Shown here one piece after another: positions 9,963 through 19,718 of a stretch of 52,680 nt of DNA. Position numbers and translations under genes: made by a program. The notes under the pieces are model-generated. The model worked only from the letters and a program-made list of their open reading frames with translations, was not told the origin of the DNA and ran no database searches. The DNA comes from Promethearchaeota archaeon. GTDB taxonomy: Archaea; Asgardarchaeota; Lokiarchaeia; Sigyniarchaeales; SOKP01. Position 1 is the first letter of the stretch, and each line of letters begins with the position of its first letter. The stretch covers positions 1-52,680 of the forward strand of contig JAUVXW010000033.1 in assembly GCA_030603385.1 (NCBI GenBank), given 5' to 3'.

Positions 9963-11207
9963 CTAATTAAAAATGGGGCATATAATTTTCATAAAATTCA
10001 TTAATACTTGGTTTTTGTGTCGATACAACCATCTAATATAACTTAATGTGATTTCTCCGTTGTACTGATAATTTTTTCCAGTACTAGATGAATATAATAT
10101 ATTCAATCTTAATTTTCTGGTTAGCTTAATATAATCCCTCAATTTTTTTCTATTATAGCGCCAAAACCATTCAAAAAATTTCCACCAAATATCCCCATTT
10201 TTTTTAAAGACACTAGTTTTGCTATAAGCTTGAATATGTTTGTCCACTTGCTCCTTCATAATTGATACTATCTTTTGTTCTTCAGCTTCAACTAAATTTA
10301 ATTCTGTTTTTTCTGAAACTGTAGAATTTTCTTCAGGTTTTAGCAGTCTATTTAATTTTTCCTCAAACATTTTACCATCTAATATCATAGCAATACTTTT
10401 TTTCTCTTCTTGATTCTCTCCCAATTTATTGATAATTATATTCTCAATATTATGTCTTAAAAATTTGGGAGACATACAGGAAACAACAATGCAAAAGTTT
10501 ACAACTAAACGGGTTGAGAAAATTTTGGTTATTGAAAAATCTTTTAAAGCCTGTTTCCTTATTTGTCTGGCAACGTCAACTACAATCTCGGCTAGATTCG
10601 TATCACACCCAGAGATTTTGGTGGCAATTTCAATTTCTTTCTGTTTTATAGGATAATTTATCTCAGGACTTACAATAAAACGGTCTTCAAAAGCCTCTTG
10701 AAGTTTATTGATTCCAATAACACCTTTATTTAATGTACCAATTATTACAAGTTTGCTTTTTGGATTTAGCTCGTATCTTTCAAAGCCCTTTGATATTAAG
10801 TTAATATGATTTTCGGATAATAGAGAATTTAATGATATTTGCTCACTTTCCCTAATTGCATTCACTTCATTAATAATTATAAAGGATACTCCCTCCTTAT
10901 TGGCATCATCAATAGCTCTCGTCAGAGGTCCATAATTGAATTGTGTCTCTCCATTAAATATCTCCCAATAACCTTCAATATCTCGCCTATCAAGGTCAGG
11001 AGAGCCATCAATAATATAATAGTGAGCATTAAAAGCGTTAGCAAGAGTAATTGCCAATAAAGTCTTTCCTGTACCAGGAGGTCCATGTAATAGAATACCC
11101 ATACATATTCCTTTTTCAAGTGATTTAATTAAGTTCTTCAAATAATCAAATTCATCATTTTGTTGAATATAGCTAATCTTATTTAGGTTTTGTGAGATTA
11201 ACATCAT
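9963..11207 (-). CDS. MoxR-family AAA+ ATPase (CbbQ/NirQ/NorQ-like) with C-terminal extension
   Basis: GPPGTGKT, GPLTRA, IIINEVN, GTLN, AFEDRF, STR sensor 2. Confidence 0.88.
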   Translation of the reverse strand: MMLISQNLNKISYIQQNDEFDYLKNLIKSLEKGICMGILLHGPPGTGKTLLAITLANAFNAHYYIIDGSPDLDRRDIEGYWEIFNGETQFNYGPLTRAIDDANKEGVSFIIINEVNAIRESEQISLNSLLSENHINLISKGFERYELNPKSKLVIIGTLNKGVIGINKLQEAFEDRFIVSPEINYPIKQKEIEIATKISGCDTNLAEIVVDVARQIRKQALKDFSITKIFSTRLVVNFCIVVSCMSPKFLRHNIENIIINKLGENQEEKKSIAMILDGKMFEEKLNRLLKPEENSTVSEKTELNLVEAEEQKIVSIMKEQVDKHIQAYSKTSVFKKNGDIWWKFFEWFWRYNRKKLRDYIKLTRKLRLNILYSSSTGKNYQYNGEITLSYIRWLYRHKNQVLMNFMKIICPIFN

Positions 11208-11410
11208 TTTTCCCTATAATAGTTTTGATCTTATCATTATTCTCATCAATTTTTCAAAACTGATTTACGATATTTTAAATTCACAAAAACTGAAGAATAA
11301 ATGATACGTTCTTTTAGTTTTATGTCTTGGTAACTAAGAGATATTTTCAGATCATATTTAAAAACTAAGTCTTTACCAAATTACTAAAAAAAGAATTATT
11401 TAATCTAAAT

Positions 11411-12226
11411 TCAAGGTGTTATGATCAGAATAATTATGTAAGCAAGCATTAAATTCCCTAAGATAATCCCTGTATCTTTTAGAGAAACTCTTCCTAATAA
11501 ATTATTCCTCGGTTTTCTAAATATGTACATTATTCCTAATGGAAAAAAAACAATCGGTATAAATATCCAATATTTTGTAATAACAAAGGAAAATATAGCT
11601 ATAATTAATGAAACTATACAGGCAATCCAAATTACTAATTGAGAAGTTTTAGGCTTTAGTTTTGCTAGAGAATCTCCATCAATCATTTCATGAACCATTT
11701 GTCCAGTAAAGGCTACTGCAGTTATAGTTGCTAATATTAAAGACTCATACAACTCCATATTGGGAAATATATTTATAAAATCATCTCCTGCATTTAGTTT
11801 TATCATAAAATATGGTAGAATTATATGAGAAATACCCAAAATAATATGATTGATAATAACAAGCTTTTTGAACATACAATAGAAAACTACCATAAAAATA
11901 ATTATCACTAGGTAGAATCCTAGAATCGGATTCACTAAAATATCATTCATGAAACACATCGTTCCTAACATGAAACTCGCCATGGCAAGAACTGCAATTT
12001 CCTTTCTCCCATAACCTTTAACTCTTTCTAATGTTTCTATTTCATTCGGATCTCTCATGTCAATGACATCATTAAGAGTATTGCCTGTGATTGCATAGAA
12101 TGAAAAACCCGCTAATAACCAAATATGAGACGTTATATCGTAATCGTTCAAATATATACATATTAAGCATGGTATTATTACAGAAAAGATGTATTCTACT
12201 CGAAGAAGTCTAAAACCACTACTCAT
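11411..12226 (-). CDS. UbiA-superfamily prenyltransferase
   Basis: Multi-TM protein, LLRVEY, GNTLNDVIDMRD first Asp-rich motif, divergent second motif HEMIDGD. Confidence 0.7.
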   Translation of the reverse strand: MSSGFRLLRVEYIFSVIIPCLICIYLNDYDITSHIWLLAGFSFYAITGNTLNDVIDMRDPNEIETLERVKGYGRKEIAVLAMASFMLGTMCFMNDILVNPILGFYLVIIIFMVVFYCMFKKLVIINHIILGISHIILPYFMIKLNAGDDFINIFPNMELYESLILATITAVAFTGQMVHEMIDGDSLAKLKPKTSQLVIWIACIVSLIIAIFSFVITKYWIFIPIVFFPLGIMYIFRKPRNNLLGRVSLKDTGIILGNLMLAYIIILIITP

Positions 12227-12349
12227 GAAATAAATTCACTTCATTCATTATGATAAATTAATTTATACTATTCTTAAAACAATTTAAGATTTTTTAGCTT
12301 AAAAAAAAATCAAAATATAAATTGATACAATAATTTGAAAGATATACTA

Positions 12350-13186
12350 ATGGCAAACTATATTCTTTTAGTGGATTGTAAGGATGAAAAAGGACTTATA
12401 CATAAAATCACGGGCGTCCTCTATAACCAAGGGTTAAATATTATTAGCAATAATGAATTCGTCGAAGAAGAAGCCGACCATTTTTTTATGCGCTCGGAAT
12501 TCACTGGAGAAGTTAATGGTGATGCCATTATTACTCAATTGAGAGATACTTTGTCAAAGGATTCAAATATCAAACTCATTAAACAGAGAAAAAAAAGAAT
12601 TATTATATTCGTTACTAAAGAGCATCGCTGTCTTGGAGATATATTAATAAAAAATGAATACAATGAAATTAATGCTGAAATTCTTGCTGTTGTTAGTAAC
12701 TATCCCGATTTAGAATCTCTAGTGAGCAAATTTAAAATCCCATTTTATTATGTGAGCCATCTAAACAAAGCAAGAGAGGCCCATGAAGAGGAAATTCTAG
12801 AAATTCTAGAAAAATGTAAACCTGATTATCTCGTCCTCGCAAAATATATGAGAATTCTAACTCGTAAATTTGTATCTTTGTTCGAAAATAGAATTATCAA
12901 TATCCATCACTCATTTTTACCTGCTTTTGTAGGGGTAAATCCTTATGAACAAGCATTTAAACGAGGAGTCAAGATCATTGGAGCTACATCTCACTTTGTT
13001 ACTGAACAATTAGATGAAGGCCCAATAATTGTTCAAGAAATAATTAGTGTTGATCATAAATACACGGTAAGAGACATGGAACAAGCGGGAAGAGAAGTTG
13101 AAATAATGGCTCTTTCGAAGGCATTAAAGCTCGTTTTTGAAGATAAAGTGTTTATTAGTAATAATAAAACAATCATATTTGAATAA
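12350..13186 (+). CDS. purU: Formyltetrahydrofolate deformylase
   Basis: N-terminal ACT (CKDEKGLI, FFMR), VLAKYMRIL, INIHHSFLPAF, GVKIIGATSH, LDEGPII; ATG at 12350 preferred over TTG at 12335. Confidence 0.96.
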   Translation: MANYILLVDCKDEKGLIHKITGVLYNQGLNIISNNEFVEEEADHFFMRSEFTGEVNGDAIITQLRDTLSKDSNIKLIKQRKKRIIIFVTKEHRCLGDILIKNEYNEINAEILAVVSNYPDLESLVSKFKIPFYYVSHLNKAREAHEEEILEILEKCKPDYLVLAKYMRILTRKFVSLFENRIINIHHSFLPAFVGVNPYEQAFKRGVKIIGATSHFVTEQLDEGPIIVQEIISVDHKYTVRDMEQAGREVEIMALSKALKLVFEDKVFISNNKTIIFE

Positions 13187-13280
13187 AAATATTCTATAGC
13201 GTGTCATAGCTGTATAATAAATTATTTGTCTTCATAAGAAAATGAGATCTTGAGAATAAAAAGGAGAATTATAAACTAAT

Positions 13281-13511
13281 CTATACTTCTTTAAGAACTA
13301 CCATCTCATCAGGTAAATAAGTTTTTAGAAGATCACCTAATTTCATATTATCTTCTATAGGAATACCTCTAATCATAAATTGAGACTTTTTTAAAGGATC
13401 TACTTTCCATTCGAATTCACTAAGAAGGTATCTTTTTAAATCTATAAATTTATCATCTGACTCCATCATAAAATCATCCATAAGTTTTTCAATATCTTTT
13501 ACTTTTACCAT
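13281..13511 (-). CDS. Small protein with probable ubiquitin-like (beta-grasp) fold, no C-terminal di-glycine
   Basis: 76 aa with a GAGGAG RBS; VKVK…FMMESDDKFIDLKRYL…QFMIRGIPIEDNMKLGDL parallels ubiquitin IFVK…LEVEPSDTIENVKAKI…RLIFAGKQLEDGRTLSDY. Confidence 0.6.
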   Translation of the reverse strand: MVKVKDIEKLMDDFMMESDDKFIDLKRYLLSEFEWKVDPLKKSQFMIRGIPIEDNMKLGDLLKTYLPDEMVVLKEV

Positions 13512-13723
13512 TAACTTTCTCCTCGAATAGATATTTTTAACGCCTATCCAATTAAAGATTAAGTTTTACAATTTATAAATTTTTAATAATTGACGGATAA
13601 AAAGACATTCTAATTATTAGTTATTCTTAATATCTTAGATAACAATAAATAGTTAATTTAAAGATAGGAGTTTTATGTGTAATTACTTAACTTTAACTCA
13701 TTTTATAAATTTAGAAAATAAAT

Positions 13724-14524
13724 TCACACGAAATACATCCTAATTGCTAAAATTATCAATACTGCTGCCACCCCAAATTGGAGATAGTTTTTTGGTATTT
13801 TACTTGATATTCTCGCCCCTAACAATGAACCAGTAATTGCCCCGATTCCTATTAAAATCCCAATGAGATAATGAATTTCACCAATAACCATTCTAGCGCC
13901 AGCATTATATATTCCGATAAAAAAAATCATAGACACGGACATCGCTGTTGTATAATGGATTGGAATGCAAAAAAGTATACTGAGAATCGGAACGAATACC
14001 ATTCCACCACCAATTCCGGAAAGATATGCTATAAAACCCGCCAAGAAAAACAAAGGAATTCCTTTTATTAATTTCGATTTATAATCGTGATTCACAAATG
14101 AGAATTCTATATCTGGGACTCCATCATTATTTTTATCTAAATTATAACCTATTAATACCTTACGTATCATGTTTAATCCTGAAGCAAGTACAACTGACGC
14201 AATAATTATTTTTAGAACATAATTATCAATTGGAAATAGAATGAAGAAAATAGTTGCTGTAATGCTGCCCAATAATGCAAGACCGGCAAAAATTAAAGAT
14301 AATTTGAGATCTACTTTTCCCTGCCTGTAGTAGCTGATAAATGCTGCACCAGAGAAAAGTACTATGGTAAAAGTGGATGTATCCCTAGCCTCATCGATAG
14401 GAATAGCAAATAATAAAATCATCAATGACATATATAGCACTCCGCCACCTATGCCTGCAATAGAGCTAATTATTCCAAATATTACGCCAAAAATTAGTAA
14501 GATGATAACTACACCGAGCTCCAT
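13724..14524 (-). CDS. Sulfite exporter TauE/SafE family membrane protein
   Basis: Duplicated GIGGG motifs, about 8 TM segments, GSLLGARIS. Confidence 0.92.
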   Translation of the reverse strand: MELGVVIILLIFGVIFGIISSIAGIGGGVLYMSLMILLFAIPIDEARDTSTFTIVLFSGAAFISYYRQGKVDLKLSLIFAGLALLGSITATIFFILFPIDNYVLKIIIASVVLASGLNMIRKVLIGYNLDKNNDGVPDIEFSFVNHDYKSKLIKGIPLFFLAGFIAYLSGIGGGMVFVPILSILFCIPIHYTTAMSVSMIFFIGIYNAGARMVIGEIHYLIGILIGIGAITGSLLGARISSKIPKNYLQFGVAAVLIILAIRMYFV

Positions 14525-14642
14525 ATAATATGAAATACATTACGCTATTATTACTTTTCTAAAAAGTGAGAATTAAAGGAATAATAATATATTATTAAAT
14601 CAAGATAAATTTTATAGATAAATATTTAAAACTAAGAATTAT

Positions 14643-15071
14643 TTGTTTCTTAATATGCCCAATTCTAACACTGATAAGCTTCTCCTTGAGCTTGTGGCGT
14701 GTGAACGTTGTAAAAATCCCTTTATGATGAATAAAGGAGAAAAATTAAGTAAACAAGAAAAGGGTGAAGAAATTGCTTGTGAAAATTGTATTAAGTTAGA
14801 AGAAAGAAAGATAAAATTGGAATTGGGTGTAATAGATAGCGTAATTGAATCACATAAAGAAATTGAAGCTTCAATTTTAGAAGTTAAAGAGAAAATTGAT
14901 ATTTCAAAAGCTCATTTTAATAAGCAACAATTTCTTGAAAAAATAAAGAAAAAATCTGAAGCGCTAACTAAATCTATCGAGCTTTTACAAAAAATCGATG
15001 AATCCAATGAAGAAAAATATCTTGATAAATATAAGAAATTATTTGATAAACTAAAAAGTGGAGAGCTTTAA
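14643..15071 (+). CDS. Hypothetical protein: zinc ribbon plus coiled coil
   Basis: CERC…CENC followed by E/K-rich heptads; the true start may be the downstream ATG at 14655. Confidence 0.65.
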   Translation: MFLNMPNSNTDKLLLELVACERCKNPFMMNKGEKLSKQEKGEEIACENCIKLEERKIKLELGVIDSVIESHKEIEASILEVKEKIDISKAHFNKQQFLEKIKKKSEALTKSIELLQKIDESNEEKYLDKYKKLFDKLKSGEL

Positions 15072-15090
15072 ACAAGCATCAATTCAATTT

Positions 15091-15849
15091 TTAAACCTTC
15101 TTAAAAATTAATCCAATATTCATAGCTTTTTTCAATGAATGATATTTGGCATCTATCTTCATGATAGTAGAACTTATTTTCATGAAAAAATTCCAGAGCT
15201 TTCGAAATCGACCATCAGACATGTATCGCTTTCGTAAATTTAAAAGATTTTTTTCTATTTTTTCAGGATTTGATGATTGAATATCAGCAATCCTCATTAG
15301 TTGCCCATATACCCCAAATGTGCGTATCACTTTTAAGTTATATCTTTCAAAAAGAGAAGCAATTTTATTGATTTCGTATCTCCGATAATGACCAATTAAA
15401 CGATCTTGCTGAGTATAATATTTCATTCTGTGGGGAACCGTAATGATGGTGATCCCATTCTTCTTTAAAACTCTACTGATTTCAGAAACAGCATATTCAT
15501 CATCCCTTATATGTTCCATTACATCAATAGCACTTAAAAAATCAAAAGAATCATCTCGATAAGGCAATTTCATAAGATCTCCACATAAAGGATGCCACTT
15601 AATTTTGTTAATATATTGTTTTAAAGGAAGCTCTGCTATATCAAAATAAAATTTTTGATCAATATTTTCTAAAAAGAAAAGGAATGAATTCCCAGAAGAA
15701 CCCAGATCAATTCCATAGTTATACGTTTTTTTTGTATCAATATTTGCCTTTAAAAGATCAAATTTGCATTTTATCCCTGGAGAAATGTAATATTCTATTA
15801 ACGTCCTAAAAGAAAAATTCTTATGGTTATCGTAAAAATCTTTTATCAT
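15091..15849 (-). CDS. Class I SAM-dependent methyltransferase (Methyltransf_11-like)
   Basis: IDLGSSG, GDLMKLPYRDDSFD, DVMEHI, RVLKKNG, GHYRRY. Confidence 0.9.
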   Translation of the reverse strand: MIKDFYDNHKNFSFRTLIEYYISPGIKCKFDLLKANIDTKKTYNYGIDLGSSGNSFLFFLENIDQKFYFDIAELPLKQYINKIKWHPLCGDLMKLPYRDDSFDFLSAIDVMEHIRDDEYAVSEISRVLKKNGITIITVPHRMKYYTQQDRLIGHYRRYEINKIASLFERYNLKVIRTFGVYGQLMRIADIQSSNPEKIEKNLLNLRKRYMSDGRFRKLWNFFMKISSTIMKIDAKYHSLKKAMNIGLIFKKV

Positions 15850-15987
15850 AGAAGGTGATCTTTGGTAATTTATTCTTTATTGAAATAAATATGATTCTAG
15901 CAAAATTATTTTTAATTACTTACTAAATTTAAAAAAAAAGTAATATTAAAGTTTACAGCTAAAAAGTTAATAAAAAAATTTGACATT

Positions 15988-16395
15988 ATGATGATACAAC
16001 TAAGTGTGTTCCTTGACGACCGTCCGGGTGTGCTAGCTAAATTTATTAAACTTCTAATGGATAATAAAATTTTTATTAGAGCTTTAACTGTTGCTAAAAC
16101 ATCTGAATATGGATTGTTATTGGTTTTAGTAGATAAACCGGAACAAACTGTTTCCCTTTTAGAAGAAAAGGATTATCTCCTTTCTACTACAGACGTTATT
16201 GCTATAAAATTAAATGATAAACCTAATGCATTATATCAAATTCCAAAAACATTAGGTGATAACAAAATTAATATTGATTATTGCTATAGTACTTTAGTAA
16301 AAGACGATTCAATGCTTATAGTGCGTGTGGAAGATGATATTATAGAAGAAGCAGTAAAAATACTACAAAAGAATGGATTTTCAATAATAGTATAG
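15988..16395 (+). CDS. Tandem ACT-domain protein
   Basis: QLSVFLDDRPG…EYGLL…DKPNAL…INIDYCY; this type is usually found beside ior/paaK genes. Confidence 0.9.
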   Translation: MMIQLSVFLDDRPGVLAKFIKLLMDNKIFIRALTVAKTSEYGLLLVLVDKPEQTVSLLEEKDYLLSTTDVIAIKLNDKPNALYQIPKTLGDNKINIDYCYSTLVKDDSMLIVRVEDDIIEEAVKILQKNGFSIIV

Positions 16396-16426
16396 TATTA
16401 TCTAATTAATCTATTTTATCCAACTA

Positions 16427-17809
16427 TTATATGCTATAAAAATTATTTATTATTTTCATTCTATCAATTAATAGTTTTATTGCAAAAGCAGCATCATGAG
16501 GTGTGAAAAAAATTGTTGCTTTTTCTCTCCTTGAATGATCTCTTAAACTTTTGAATTCCTCGCCGAACATAATTAAAGGAATTAATAGCTTCTCTCTTCC
16601 AGTATCATTCCATGCATGTATGATACCTCTATAATGTTCATCTGATTTCATTTCTAAAAATGGAGGGATTACAACACATGCAACAACAATGTCAATGTTA
16701 GGATCTTCAAGCATCATTTTTGTGATGTTATAATAAGTAGTTTCGTCTGCACCTCCAATCATATCAAGAGGATTTACTAATTTAACTAATGGTATCAAAT
16801 ATGGTGATACTTTTTCTTTAAATCCATCAGAAAATTCAGTTAATTTCAAATTAAACTCTTCTGCTTTATCACTAAATAATACCGAGCTCCCTCCACTATT
16901 AGTAAGAACACCAATTCTTTCCCCTTTAGGAATTGGCAAATATGAAAATGTCTTAAGAGCAGTTATAAAGTCATTTGTATTTTCACATAATACCGCTCCT
17001 GCTTGTTTTATATAGGTCTTTAACATTTTATAATCTGTTGCGATTGAACCTGTATGGCTACTAGCAGCCTTCATACCAAGACTTGTTCTACCTCCTTTTA
17101 ATACCACAATTGGTTTTTCAAGTACTATTTTTTTGATAGATTTTAAAAATTTTTTTCCGTTTTCAATTGTTTCCATATAGATACATATTATTCGAGTACT
17201 TTCATCTGAGTTAAAGAATTCTAGTATCTCATTGAAAGACACATCAATATTATTACCTATATTGGCAAATTTTGAACAACCAATATATTCTCTCTCCATA
17301 GCATAAAAACTCGCGCATCCAAAGGAACCAGATTGACTTATCATACCAATATCTCCAGGAGGTGCGGTTTGAATAAATGAAGCATTTAATCCAATGTCTA
17401 AATTCTGTATCCCTACACAATTTGGCCCCATAATACGGATTCCCGCTTCCTCACACTTAGCACTAATCTCATGTTCCTTTTTCTTTCCTTCTTCATTTAT
17501 TTCACCAAAACCAGCGGTTATAATTATTATACCCTTGACTTTTTTCTCTATACACTGATCAATTACCTCATCAATAACTCTTGCAGGGACTAAAATAATT
17601 GCAATATCAACGTCTTTTAGAATCTCTAAAATTGATTTATAACATTTTAAACCCGCAATTTCTTGACTTTTATGAGAAACAAGAAATACTTCACTTTGAA
17701 GGTTTTTGTTCTTAAGAATATTGATAGTAACAGCATTTCCAAATTTTTTTGGGTTATTAGTAGCACCTATTACAGCGATTGTTTTAGGATAAAAGAAAAA
17801 AGAAACCAT
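16427..17809 (-). CDS. Acyl-CoA/acetate-CoA ligase (ADP-forming) alpha subunit
   Basis: PKTIAVIGAT, TAGFGE, GPNCVG, SQSG, SHTG, NSGG, NPLD; start placed at MVSFF, 5 bp after the iorA stop. Confidence 0.9.
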   Translation of the reverse strand: MVSFFFYPKTIAVIGATNNPKKFGNAVTINILKNKNLQSEVFLVSHKSQEIAGLKCYKSILEILKDVDIAIILVPARVIDEVIDQCIEKKVKGIIIITAGFGEINEEGKKKEHEISAKCEEAGIRIMGPNCVGIQNLDIGLNASFIQTAPPGDIGMISQSGSFGCASFYAMEREYIGCSKFANIGNNIDVSFNEILEFFNSDESTRIICIYMETIENGKKFLKSIKKIVLEKPIVVLKGGRTSLGMKAASSHTGSIATDYKMLKTYIKQAGAVLCENTNDFITALKTFSYLPIPKGERIGVLTNSGGSSVLFSDKAEEFNLKLTEFSDGFKEKVSPYLIPLVKLVNPLDMIGGADETTYYNITKMMLEDPNIDIVVACVVIPPFLEMKSDEHYRGIIHAWNDTGREKLLIPLIMFGEEFKSLRDHSRREKATIFFTPHDAAFAIKLLIDRMKIINNFYSI

Positions 17810-17813
17810 TTTG

Positions 17814-19718
17814 TTATTCTTCCACCTCATAAATAGCGTCATGAATACATACATCGATGCAAACTTTACAACCTCTACAGGTATCCTGTTCTATAATTGC
17901 TTTTTTTTCATTTTCATCAAATATTATCGAAGGGCAACCAAAGTCATTAACACAAATTAAACATCCTTTACACTTCTCTGGATCAACTTTCACAGTCGGA
18001 GGAACAATTTGTTTTGCCTTAAATTCATTTGCTTCTACTAAAGAACATGTATGCCTAGATATGAAAACTCTAACGCCATCAGCTTTCACCGCTTTCTCTA
18101 ATTTTTCAATCATTTCTAACAGGTTATTAGAATCTTCTACCCATAAATTTTCTGGTGAAACACCACATCCCCTTACAAGATCTTCGATATTTACTTTTGT
18201 ACCTAGTTCTTTTGTAATTTTAATTCCTGTTCCAGGGTTATCTTGAAATCCAGTCATACTTGTTGATCTATTATCTAATATCATTACTAAGATATTATTT
18301 TGATTATGAACTGCATTTATTAGTGCAGGTATACCAGAATGAAAGAAAGTAGAATCTCCTAAAATTGCTAAAACTGGATTCCCCTTAGATTGAATTTTAG
18401 AAATTCCATTCGCAAACCCTATTGATCCACCCATACAAACTTCTATATCTAAACTTTCAAGTGGCTTGTAAACTGCTAATGTATAGCATCCTATATCTGA
18501 GGAATTAACAAATTTGGTCTTCAGTTTTTTTTCTACTTGTTTTATCGCGTAAAAACTTGCACGATGAGAACACCCTGGACATAGGATAGGAAGTCTTGGA
18601 GGCATTATTATTAAATCATTAGGAACCGGTACACCATTATATTCTAGATCCACAAAATCAGCTACATTCTCTAGATAAAGTTCAGCTGAAAATTCCCCAT
18701 TTTGGGGAAATATATCTTTTCCATGAATTTCTATTTCTTTTGATAACCCTTCATCATAAGCTATTTGTTTAAGTATATTCTCTATAAATGGTTCCAATTC
18801 TTCGACAACAAGAATTTTATCAACTGAGGAGAATAGCTTCTTAATAAGCTTCTTTGGAGGAGGGTATACCATTCCTAGTTTCAGAATTGAAACATCATCT
18901 TTTACGCCAAAATGATTAAGAGCGTCCATTAAATGAGCATAAGGAATTCCTGCTGAAACAAATCCAATTCTTTTTCCATTCAATCTTTTTTTTGAAATTT
19001 TAAGATAATTATATGGGAAATCATTTGCAAATTCAGAAATTTCCTTTAATCTTTCTAGTAATCTAAGACGGAGTACACGTGAATGTGAAGGTAAACATAC
19101 CCATCGGGATCTATCCCAATCAAATCCATATTCTCTCTTAATTTCTTCAATTTCTCCCAATACTACATCACCTCTCCCATGATTTAATCGAGTTGTAGTG
19201 CGAAATAACACCACAGTTTGAAAATTTTCAGAAAATTCGAATGCGTATTTAATTAAATCCTTAGCTTCTTGAGGTGTCGAGGGTTCAAAAACGGGAACTA
19301 AAGCATGTAAACCATAATATCGGTTGTCTTGTTCATTTTGTGATGAATAACAATTTGGATCATCTGCTGAAACCAGCACCATTCCACCTCGAGCTCCTGC
19401 ATAAGCCGCCGTCATAAATGCATCCGATGCAACATTTACACCAACGTGTTTCATACACACGACTGATCGTACATTTGACATTGAACCCCCATATGCAACT
19501 TCAAACGCAACCTTTTCATTTATACTCCATTCTATCTTTAAATGCGAGAAATATGGATACATTTTCGCAAGAGTTGATAAGATCTCAGATGATGGTGTTC
19601 CTGGGTATCCTGCCCCAATAATAACTCCTGCCTCTAATATACCACGTGCTATTGCTTCATTTCCTAATAAAATCACGTGGCTACCTGGATTACTTACGAC
19701 AAAATGTGGTACACTCAT
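17814..19718 (-). CDS. iorA: Indolepyruvate:ferredoxin oxidoreductase alpha subunit
   Basis: LGNEAIARG, GYPGTPSSE, MKHVG, SSQNEQDNR, CPGC, DIGCY, GDSTFFHSG, C-terminal 2[4Fe-4S] motifs. Confidence 0.96.
   Translation of the reverse strand: MSVPHFVVSNPGSHVILLGNEAIARGILEAGVIIGAGYPGTPSSEILSTLAKMYPYFSHLKIEWSINEKVAFEVAYGGSMSNVRSVVCMKHVGVNVASDAFMTAAYAGARGGMVLVSADDPNCYSSQNEQDNRYYGLHALVPVFEPSTPQEAKDLIKYAFEFSENFQTVVLFRTTTRLNHGRGDVVLGEIEEIKREYGFDWDRSRWVCLPSHSRVLRLRLLERLKEISEFANDFPYNYLKISKKRLNGKRIGFVSAGIPYAHLMDALNHFGVKDDVSILKLGMVYPPPKKLIKKLFSSVDKILVVEELEPFIENILKQIAYDEGLSKEIEIHGKDIFPQNGEFSAELYLENVADFVDLEYNGVPVPNDLIIMPPRLPILCPGCSHRASFYAIKQVEKKLKTKFVNSSDIGCYTLAVYKPLESLDIEVCMGGSIGFANGISKIQSKGNPVLAILGDSTFFHSGIPALINAVHNQNNILVMILDNRSTSMTGFQDNPGTGIKITKELGTKVNIEDLVRGCGVSPENLWVEDSNNLLEMIEKLEKAVKADGVRVFISRHTCSLVEANEFKAKQIVPPTVKVDPEKCKGCLICVNDFGCPSIIFDENEKKAIIEQDTCRGCKVCIDVCIHDAIYEVEE

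Noticed and set aside
11221-11370. Recurring AGTTTT/AAAACT words upstream of the AAA gene
   Set aside because: Too short and AT-rich to distinguish from background
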